IMG/VR virus record: IMGVR_UViG_3300030376_006008
Location: 1 to 40,152 of that record
Reading direction: 5' to 3' (one strand)
DNA length: 40,152 bases
DNA from: a virus
Lineage: Duplodnaviria > Caudoviricetes
Positions 27,081 through 33,909 of this stretch are shown one piece after another (the stretch's first letter is position 1; each line of letters opens with the position of its first letter). Both the position numbers and the translations under genes were made by a program. The notes under the pieces are model-generated. The model did no database searches, was not told the DNA's origin, and saw only the letters and a list, made by a program, of their open reading frames with translations.

Positions 27081-27233
27081 TTAATACACTTCGTTAGGGT
27101 ATCCACAATCAGAACATTGAACGATGTCAAATTTGTGTCCTGAATATGTTAGCTTGCCATAGTTTACACTGTAGCAAGAAGAACAATGAACCTGTCGATG
27201 AACAATGTTCTTGGTAAAATCTTTAATATTCAT
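27081..27233 (-). CDS. 50-aa zinc-ribbon protein (not in ORF track)
   Basis: MNIKDFTK...CSSC...CSDCGYPNEVY. Confidence 0.7.
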   Translation of the reverse strand: MNIKDFTKNIVHRQVHCSSCYSVNYGKLTYSGHKFDIVQCSDCGYPNEVY

Positions 27234-27257
27234 AATAATAGATTTAGAAATTAGTAT

Positions 27258-27374
27258 TTATTGCCAGCCACCATTGGGGCAATGATAAGTTGTACCACAA
27301 GAAGTCAACATAGCAAGAGCGATAATAATCACAATGATAGTGACCACTTGTGGTTGAGGAATAAGATGTTTCAT
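27258..27374 (-). CDS. 38-aa micro-lipoprotein (not in ORF track)
   Basis: MKHLIPQPQVVTIIVIIIALAMLTS|CGTTYHCPNGGWQ; LTSC lipobox. Confidence 0.7.
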   Translation of the reverse strand: MKHLIPQPQVVTIIVIIIALAMLTSCGTTYHCPNGGWQ

Positions 27375-27391
27375 ATAAATAATTTTAATAG

Positions 27392-27475
27392 TTAAAAACA
27401 ATATTGACAAACGATGTATATAAAATTGATAAAGTATATAATACCTGTAACAATTCCAGTAATAGTAATATTCAT
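27392..27475 (-). CDS. 27-aa hydrophobic peptide (not in ORF track)
   Basis: MNITITGIVTGIIYFINFIYIVCQYCF; start region like its neighbours. Confidence 0.5.
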   Translation of the reverse strand: MNITITGIVTGIIYFINFIYIVCQYCF

Positions 27476-27508
27476 AGTTGTAAAATTTAATAGTTAGATA
27501 ATAATTAA

Positions 27509-27574
27509 TTAAACAGTTTCAAACCTCTTGATAAATAGGTCAACAAGTTTGAATAAAATGATGCAAGTAATCAT
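27509..27574 (-). CDS. 21-aa peptide (not in ORF track)
   Basis: MITCIILFKLVDLFIKRFETV; start region CTAACTTAAATTCTTTATT-ATG. Confidence 0.45.
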   Translation of the reverse strand: MITCIILFKLVDLFIKRFETV

Positions 27575-27656
27575 AATAAAGAATTTAAGTTAGAAATTAC
27601 ACAATGCACACAACACTCAAATAGTATAACGCATTGTAATTTATACTACATGTGGC

Positions 27657-27669
27657 TTGACAATGTCAA
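27657..27669. promoter_or_regulatory. Palindrome TTGACA-A-TGTCAA, candidate operator
   Basis: Perfect 6-bp inverted repeat in the divergent non-coding region. Confidence 0.4.
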
Positions 27670-28023
27670 TTATTTTTTGTAACTTGGGAGGGTGTGGGAC
27701 AATGACTGTACAGCACAACAAACAAATCACTTAAACAATTAAGCCAATAACGATTAGCATAAACTGTATTGTATTACAGATAGTTCAAGGATAGTGAATA
27801 ATGTATATCGCTCACGTACAGATACGAAGAATATTATATATTTTGTATTAGTGTAGCACTCAAGAACGGACGTTAGGTAGTTCCTGAGGCGAAATTAACA
27901 ATCCTTTTTCTAATTTAAAACTCAGATTGTAAATTTATAGGGTCGGTATTTGAAAAAATACAAAACGAACTCTATATAATGAATAAGGTTCACACACTTG
28001 AAAAAATAAAAAAATTTTTTTCG

Positions 28024-28031
28024 TAGATTTG
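28024..28031 (+). promoter_or_regulatory. Sigma-A -7 element TAGATTTG leading the rightward block
   Basis: TAnnTTTG match 5 nt before the ATG at 28037; TTG at 27998. Confidence 0.65.
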
Positions 28032-28036
28032 CATAC

Positions 28037-28174
28037 ATGCACTTACTAATAAGTTTTCATTGGGGTTTTGTCTTAGGTATAAGGCACTATGAACCCGACA
28101 CAGAACATCCATACACTGAAGCCCAATTCTTTTTAGGGCCAGTATGTTTAACATTAACAGATAAAGAGGTATAA
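28037..28174 (+). CDS. 45-aa hypothetical protein (not in ORF track)
   Basis: MHLLISFHWGFVLGIRHYEP...DKEV; ends 1 nt before the next ATG. Confidence 0.65.
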   Translation: MHLLISFHWGFVLGIRHYEPDTEHPYTEAQFFLGPVCLTLTDKEV

Positions 28175-28175
28175 T

Positions 28176-28553
28176 ATGTGGGGTCATATAAAAAGAGCTA
28201 ATCATAAGTTTATATATGCTAGAAGTGAGAATGATATTGCTGATGATTCATCTCATGCTACCTCAGTATGCTTTCCTGTCTCTGCTATGAGGGGGTTTTC
28301 TTTTATAGGAACAACTCAAATTATTTTGCGTTTTGAAAGCCCTTATCAATACGTTACGGGTGACAATGATGACAACGACGGTATTTTATTAACATTGTTA
28401 ACCTCTAATGCTCATAGAGAGTTTATAGACAACTTTACAAGAGAAATAGCTTTTGGAGAAAAACAACTTATTGTATTATGTGACAATGTAACGGGAGAAA
28501 GATTTGATAATGTAGGTACTTGTGGTATCACAGCTAATGTAGGAGCTGATTAA
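28176..28553 (+). CDS. Paralog family A, copy 1
   Basis: KFIY...FPVSAMRG...IILRF...IVLCDNVTGE. Confidence 0.7.
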   Translation: MWGHIKRANHKFIYARSENDIADDSSHATSVCFPVSAMRGFSFIGTTQIILRFESPYQYVTGDNDDNDGILLTLLTSNAHREFIDNFTREIAFGEKQLIVLCDNVTGERFDNVGTCGITANVGAD

Positions 28554-28554
28554 T

Positions 28555-28887
28555 ATGGAAAAATTTATATACATAGGTAGTCTCACTGGAAACATATCTT
28601 TAGTTTATCCAGCAGAATCTTGGAGAGGAGCTCACCCTGCTAGCGACAATACGTTAAATTTATATTTTACACCTATAGTGGAGGGTGGTTTATTTCCAGA
28701 CAAAGATAATGATGTTATTACTATAGAAACGACAGATGATAATAAACACAAAGAAGTATTAGAAGCTTTGGTAAATGAAATAAATCACGGAGATAGTCAC
28801 GTAACTGTTCTTATAGATAAAGATTCAGGAGAATCTGTGCATTCTCAAATAAGTGGAGTTACAGCTACATTTAGTAGTGACGTTTAA
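28555..28887 (+). CDS. Paralog family A, copy 2
   Basis: KFIY...YPAESWRG...LNLYF...VLIDKDSGE. Confidence 0.7.
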   Translation: MEKFIYIGSLTGNISLVYPAESWRGAHPASDNTLNLYFTPIVEGGLFPDKDNDVITIETTDDNKHKEVLEALVNEINHGDSHVTVLIDKDSGESVHSQISGVTATFSSDV

Positions 28888-28919
28888 TTTTGCAAAAAAA
28901 CGCTTCGCGTTTATTTTAG

Positions 28920-28927
28920 TATATTTG
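28920..28927 (+). promoter_or_regulatory. Sigma-A -7 element TATATTTG
   Basis: Intergenic, 4 nt before the ATG at 28932. Confidence 0.65.
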
Positions 28928-28931
28928 CACC

Positions 28932-29234
28932 ATGGAGAGATACGTTTTGTTTGTTAATACAGCCACTGATTATTTAATGTTTCCTTTGAAAGCTTTCATT
29001 GGTGCTAAATATCTTTCTGCAACTACTATAGACTTGTATTTTGAAAAATCGCCTTTGTCTTTTAAAATAACTTTAACTATTGAAACTGGGACGGGTGTAG
29101 ATGTAGCTTTAAAAATAGCTGAGTTGTTTAGCAGAAATAGCACTGCTACTATTATATTTAATGACACTATAAGTGCTTGGCCTGTTGAAGAGGTTACAGG
29201 AATATCATCATTTACTAAAGTTGTAATAAAATAA
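28932..29234 (+). CDS. Paralog family A, copy 3
   Basis: FPLKAFIG...IDLYF...LTIETG. Confidence 0.7.
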   Translation: MERYVLFVNTATDYLMFPLKAFIGAKYLSATTIDLYFEKSPLSFKITLTIETGTGVDVALKIAELFSRNSTATIIFNDTISAWPVEEVTGISSFTKVVIK

Positions 29235-29878
29235 TGAAATATAATATTACATTTTCATATGGAGCTAATATACATTTAGGAACCTGCGTTGTAACTGCTC
29301 AGGACGACACGTCTATGACCAATTATTATAATAGCACAGAAAGTGGATATACGGATTTTACAACTTTAGATTTAAATGTTGGAGAAAAATTATATGTAAC
29401 ATATGATAAAAGAAATATATTCTTTGCAAGAATATCTGCTATAGCTGCAAATAGCATAACCTTGTCATCAAATCCTGGACAAGTTATACACAATCGTGTG
29501 TTAACAAACGGTCACATATCTCCATATGTAAGAAGAACTCCATACCTATACAGCTATCCTTGCAATAATTATTGTGGAGCTTCTTTATCTAAAAAAGGAG
29601 AAAATTTTAGTGTATACACAGAAAGTAACCCTATATATTCTGACGCAACACATACTGAAACTAACTCTGTTATTTCATTGTATTTTTTAAAAGGAAATAA
29701 TGTAGAAGAAATTAAAGTAGAGGTTAAGGTGGGGTCTGAGTCCACTGCAATTAAAGACTTTCAAAAAATGCTAAGACTAGAAAAAGATGTTAGTTTTATG
29801 TCAGAAATAAAAAAATTAAATAAAGATGTTATTAGTGTTAACTCTATAACAGCTTCTAATAAAAGCAAACTATATTAG
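29234..29878 (+). CDS. Paralog family A, copy 4, with inserted domain
   Basis: C-terminal half YPCNNYCG...ISLYF...VEVKVG. Confidence 0.6.
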   Translation: MKYNITFSYGANIHLGTCVVTAQDDTSMTNYYNSTESGYTDFTTLDLNVGEKLYVTYDKRNIFFARISAIAANSITLSSNPGQVIHNRVLTNGHISPYVRRTPYLYSYPCNNYCGASLSKKGENFSVYTESNPIYSDATHTETNSVISLYFLKGNNVEEIKVEVKVGSESTAIKDFQKMLRLEKDVSFMSEIKKLNKDVISVNSITASNKSKLY

Positions 29879-29896
29879 TATGTTGTTATTTTTTTA

Positions 29897-29904
29897 TATC
29901 TTTG
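29897..29904 (+). promoter_or_regulatory. Sigma-A -7 element TATCTTTG
   Basis: Intergenic, 4 nt before the ATG at 29909. Confidence 0.65.
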
Positions 29905-29908
29905 GGGA

Positions 29909-30214
29909 ATGGTAAATGAAAAAACAGCTTATGGTGTGCTCCATAAAAATATAGCAGGAGAAATGCACCATGTTAGCTTTGCAAACGAATATCCTAGAAT
30001 AGCTGAAAAAGAAGATGATATAGTTATGTATCTTATAGATAATGACTATGAAATATTGGATAAAAAACTATACTATGTAGGTGGGGAAACGCATACAGGA
30101 GTTGAAACATACTTAAATTTAGATACATGTGATTATCATTTAGAAGAATATTCTTGGGTGGAACATGGAGTATGGAAATTAAAATATAAAATTAAAAAAA
30201 AGAAAAATGCCTAA
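29909..30214 (+). CDS. Hypothetical protein
   Basis: 101-aa ORF behind the promoter motif. Confidence 0.65.
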   Translation: MVNEKTAYGVLHKNIAGEMHHVSFANEYPRIAEKEDDIVMYLIDNDYEILDKKLYYVGGETHTGVETYLNLDTCDYHLEEYSWVEHGVWKLKYKIKKKKNA

Positions 30215-30671
30215 TTTAACAGTAACCACAAAAGAACATATCGTTTTACAAGGTAGACAACAGGGTTCTACAAGAACAATGACCTTTGCTAATATTGTTG
30301 ATGTATTTAATAGAATATATTCTTTTAAGCAACAAACATTAACATCTTTATATACCACTCATGCAGACACAGTTTCTGGTGCAGTATTTGATGATGGAAG
30401 TATAAGATATGTAAGAATAACAAATTTAGGAGCAAGTCCTTTAGCTATAAATGTAATAGGAGAAAATAACTTTTCTTATGCATATGAAATACAAAAGGGA
30501 CAATCTATGTATTTGTATAATCATTCTTTAGTAATAGAGGCTGATGATTCTGATGCTATAACTGGAACAGAATTATCAACACTAGAGGATATTGATGAAG
30601 TAAAAGCATACTGTCACAAAGGGGCAGGTAGAGTAGAAGTTTTCATTGCTAGTACTGAAGCAGCAAAATAA
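30207..30671 (+). CDS. Putative structural protein, paralog family B copy 1
   Basis: LTVTTKE...TF...IRYVRITNL shared with the next gene. Confidence 0.6.
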   Translation: MPNLTVTTKEHIVLQGRQQGSTRTMTFANIVDVFNRIYSFKQQTLTSLYTTHADTVSGAVFDDGSIRYVRITNLGASPLAINVIGENNFSYAYEIQKGQSMYLYNHSLVIEADDSDAITGTELSTLEDIDEVKAYCHKGAGRVEVFIASTEAAK

Positions 30672-30678
30672 TTAAAAT

Positions 30679-31146
30679 ATGGCATCAACATTAAAAGTAA
30701 CATTAACAGAAAATTTAACTGTAGATGGCAATAGCTATAGTTCTGAAAGAACTAAAACATTTACAACAATTACTAATGTGTATAAAACCACTGTAGCTGT
30801 AGGCACAGGGGGAATGTCAGAAGTTGTTGCTCTAGCAGCGTCTGCTGGTAATATAGGTACTCTTGACCAAGATACTATAGAATATTTTAGAATAACTAAT
30901 CTTGATGGTACAAATTTTGTAGAATTAGGATTTGAAGATACAAGTGGAAATAATGCTTATTATGTTAAGTTAGACGCAGGAAGAAGTTTTATTGTTCCAG
31001 TATCAAATACAACAACAGAGCACCCAGGGTTTTTTGCACACGACAGCGGTCATGTAACAGGCTCTCATGTTGATATAACTAGTATTACTGCAAATGCAGA
31101 TACTTCTGCTTGCAATATAGAGATAATGGTTGCCATGAACGGATAA
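30679..31146 (+). CDS. Putative structural protein, paralog family B copy 2
   Basis: LKVTLTE...TF...IEYFRITNL. Confidence 0.6.
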   Translation: MASTLKVTLTENLTVDGNSYSSERTKTFTTITNVYKTTVAVGTGGMSEVVALAASAGNIGTLDQDTIEYFRITNLDGTNFVELGFEDTSGNNAYYVKLDAGRSFIVPVSNTTTEHPGFFAHDSGHVTGSHVDITSITANADTSACNIEIMVAMNG

Positions 31147-31147
31147 T

Positions 31148-31675
31148 ATGTATTTATTACAACTAGACAAAAAAGGAGCAATAATAAAAGAAGATGATGG
31201 TCTTTATGCAATAGATGAGTTTAAAGACTTAGTAGATGATATGGGCATGAAAGCTATGCTATGGGTGGCTTTAGTATGTGATTATGATAGCCCTTATAGA
31301 CATTTTGTAGAAAGAGAAAGAGTCAAGTCTGTAAGCAAAAAGATATTTGACAAGTATGAATGGAAGGGTGTAAAAAATGAAAAAATTGCTAACGCAATTA
31401 AAAAGTATAAAGAACTTCAATTTGACCCACTAGATGCTCAGTTAGTGGCATTTAATGAAAAGATTGATGAATATACTCGTTTAATGAGAGATACAAGAAT
31501 AAACGAGGACAATGCCGAAAGTATGCAAAAGATAATGATTGGTATTGAAAAAGTTCTTAATACAAGACAAAAACTTTTAGACGCAATAGAAAGAAGGGGT
31601 AGTAGACAAAAAATTAAAGGCGAAGCAAAAATGAGTTACTTAGAGGAGCAAATGAGTATTAAAGATAAAATATAA
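31148..31675 (+). CDS. Helical protein upstream of TerL, candidate terminase small subunit
   Basis: Position; DYDSPY...AIKKYKELQ; C-terminal coiled coil. Confidence 0.45.
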   Translation: MYLLQLDKKGAIIKEDDGLYAIDEFKDLVDDMGMKAMLWVALVCDYDSPYRHFVERERVKSVSKKIFDKYEWKGVKNEKIANAIKKYKELQFDPLDAQLVAFNEKIDEYTRLMRDTRINEDNAESMQKIMIGIEKVLNTRQKLLDAIERRGSRQKIKGEAKMSYLEEQMSIKDKI

Positions 31676-31679
31676 AATT

Positions 31680-31922
31680 ATGCCAGATAAAAAAAGATAT
31701 AAGGGATATAATCCTATAAAAATAGGAAAACAATTTTATAAAGATGTTAAAAAGAGTGCAAAAGCTAAGTTTGTAGACGAACCTGCATATAGAAAAAAAA
31801 TGAAAGCAGAAAGAAAGCAAGAAATAAAAGAAGGAAAAATTTACACACCACCTAATAAAAGAAAAAAGGATTATAAAAAAGGCGGTAAAATTAGAAATAT
31901 GTTTACAGAGCAATACGATTAA
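31680..31922 (+). CDS. Small basic protein ending QYD
   Basis: Ends YKKGGKIRNMFTEQYD. Confidence 0.75.
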   Translation: MPDKKRYKGYNPIKIGKQFYKDVKKSAKAKFVDEPAYRKKMKAERKQEIKEGKIYTPPNKRKKDYKKGGKIRNMFTEQYD

Positions 31923-31923
31923 T

Positions 31924-32103
31924 ATGAGCAAAAAAATTAAAATAGGGGATAAAAGTTATGTAAAAGATGGCAACAATTTTGTTGAAGAGTCAAATTACAA
32001 AAACTATATGAGAAAAAAAGACACTGCTACAAAAATTGGTGGAGCTTTGAGTAAGGCTCAAAATGTTGCACCAAAATTTCAAGAGCATGTCCAAAAAGAT
32101 TAA
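31924..32103 (+). CDS. 59-aa basic protein ending QKD (not in ORF track)
   Basis: MSKKIKIGDKSY...KIGGALSK...HVQKD; overlaps the TerL start by 17 nt. Confidence 0.65.
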   Translation: MSKKIKIGDKSYVKDGNNFVEESNYKNYMRKKDTATKIGGALSKAQNVAPKFQEHVQKD

Positions 32104-33907
32104 AAATTATGCTCCAGTTATTTATGAGGGCATACCTGATTTAGACCCAGAATCTGTATCTTATCAAGAGTTTTGGGAAGAACAGGTGCATAGGTGTAAA
32201 AACGGATACAAGCCAAAAGGCATGGACCGTATAACAGGAAAGCATTACTATTATCTTAACTTTTATAAGATACTTGGTAATAGTGGAGAAGATGGGAATA
32301 GAAAAACTCTAATAGCTCCTTGGTATAGAGACTTAGATAAATTGTATTTTGATTTATTTGAGCAATGTAAGGAGGAAGAGAAAGGAATGATTATTATTAA
32401 AGCCAGAGATAAAGGTTTTAGTTATATGAATTCTGCGTTATGTGGACATGAATACACATTTTATCCATATAATGAAGTAGGAATTGCTGCTGGTCTACAA
32501 GTTACAGCAGACTCGTTCTTTGACAAAGTGAAAAAAGGATTAAATGGCCAACACATTAATTTAAGGCATTCTGTTTTAAAAGACACTTCTGATATAATAA
32601 GAAGTGGATATAAACAAAAAACCAAAGATGGCAAATGGGCAATAAGTGGTTATCAATCTGCTATACATTGTAGAACAATGTCTAATCCTGAAGTATTTAA
32701 AGGGGAACGTTTGAGTGTTATGATATTTGAAGAGGCTGGTGAGTTTAAAGAACTATTAAATGCGTATATGTCATCTAAAGCTTGTTTTATGGATGGAAAT
32801 ATACAATTTGGTGTACCAGTTATTGGTGGTACGGGTGGTGACATAGAAACATCTTCTAAAGATTTTATGGAAATGTACTATAATGCAGATTCTTTTAATC
32901 TTATACCTATGTTTATACCAGCATCTGTATGTTATCATGGTTTTTTTGATATTAAAACAGGTGTAAGTAATGAAGTAGGTGCAGAAAAAGAATTATTAGA
33001 ACAAAGAAAAAAATTAGAAGGTAGAGATAGCAGTAAGGCGTATAATTTACACATACAAAACTATCCACTTACTGTAGAAGAAGCTTTCTTAAAGACTAAA
33101 GGTAGTAGGTTTGACTTATCTCTTATAAATGCACAAAGAGGTAGAATTATGGGACACACTAAATTTAAGAATCAAATACAAAGAGGAAGATTAGAGTGGG
33201 TGTTTGATAACGAAGATGGATTTATAGAACAAGTAGAATGGGTGGCAGATAAAGGAGGACCATATTTAATTCTTGAACATCCTAATGATGAATATGACAA
33301 TTTGGATATAGGTGGTATAGATTCATATGACCAAGATACTGCAGAAGCGTCTACATCTTTAGGTAGTGCGTTAATATATAGAAGATTTGTTTCGACAGAA
33401 GTAGCAAGCGACTATATAATAGCAGATTATACAGAAAGACCTAAAACTGCAGAAGAATTTTGGGATGGATGTTTAAAATTAGCAATATACTACAATGCAA
33501 AAATGCTTGTAGAGTACACAAAAATTGGTATTATAGATTATTTTAAAAGAAAAGGAGCTTTAAGATATTTAAAAGAAAAACCAAAAACTGCACATGCTCC
33601 TGGTACATTAACTAGGAACAGATATGGATTACAGATGAATAAACAAACAAAATCTGTAATGGAGCAGTACATGGACGATTATATTAAAACAAATGTTGAT
33701 GATATATGGTTCATAGACTTGTTAAATGAACTTGCTGATTATGGAACAAGAAACACGGATAGAGCGATATCGTTTGGTTTATGTTTAATACACAATGTAG
33801 ATGTATACCAAATACAGGCAAGAGAAAAAGAAACGCAAAATAAAAAGTTGGGATTTGTTTACTATAAAAAAGAAAATGGTAGATTAGTTCCTTATAAAGA
33901 AGAATAG
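32087..33907 (+). CDS. terL: Terminase large subunit, crAss-like
   Basis: KARDKGFSY Walker A, IFEEAG Walker B, GGTGG and GGIDSYDQD nuclease motif. Confidence 0.92.
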   Translation: MSKKIKNYAPVIYEGIPDLDPESVSYQEFWEEQVHRCKNGYKPKGMDRITGKHYYYLNFYKILGNSGEDGNRKTLIAPWYRDLDKLYFDLFEQCKEEEKGMIIIKARDKGFSYMNSALCGHEYTFYPYNEVGIAAGLQVTADSFFDKVKKGLNGQHINLRHSVLKDTSDIIRSGYKQKTKDGKWAISGYQSAIHCRTMSNPEVFKGERLSVMIFEEAGEFKELLNAYMSSKACFMDGNIQFGVPVIGGTGGDIETSSKDFMEMYYNADSFNLIPMFIPASVCYHGFFDIKTGVSNEVGAEKELLEQRKKLEGRDSSKAYNLHIQNYPLTVEEAFLKTKGSRFDLSLINAQRGRIMGHTKFKNQIQRGRLEWVFDNEDGFIEQVEWVADKGGPYLILEHPNDEYDNLDIGGIDSYDQDTAEASTSLGSALIYRRFVSTEVASDYIIADYTERPKTAEEFWDGCLKLAIYYNAKMLVEYTKIGIIDYFKRKGALRYLKEKPKTAHAPGTLTRNRYGLQMNKQTKSVMEQYMDDYIKTNVDDIWFIDLLNELADYGTRNTDRAISFGLCLIHNVDVYQIQAREKETQNKKLGFVYYKKENGRLVPYKEE

Positions 33908-33909
33908 TT

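Noticed and set aside
18791-27638. Identical 14-mer TATAACGCATTGTA at 18791 and 27625
   Set aside because: AT-rich and only two copies; such matches are expected by chance at this composition.
26986-28175. CRISPR array or tRNA genes in the ORF-track gap
   Set aside because: No regularly spaced identical repeats or cloverleaf; the recurring AT-rich strings are start regions of micro-ORFs.
27990-28205. Minus-strand 71-aa ORF from the track
   Set aside because: Conflicts with the + strand promoter motif and the 28037..28174 ORF, which fits the operon.
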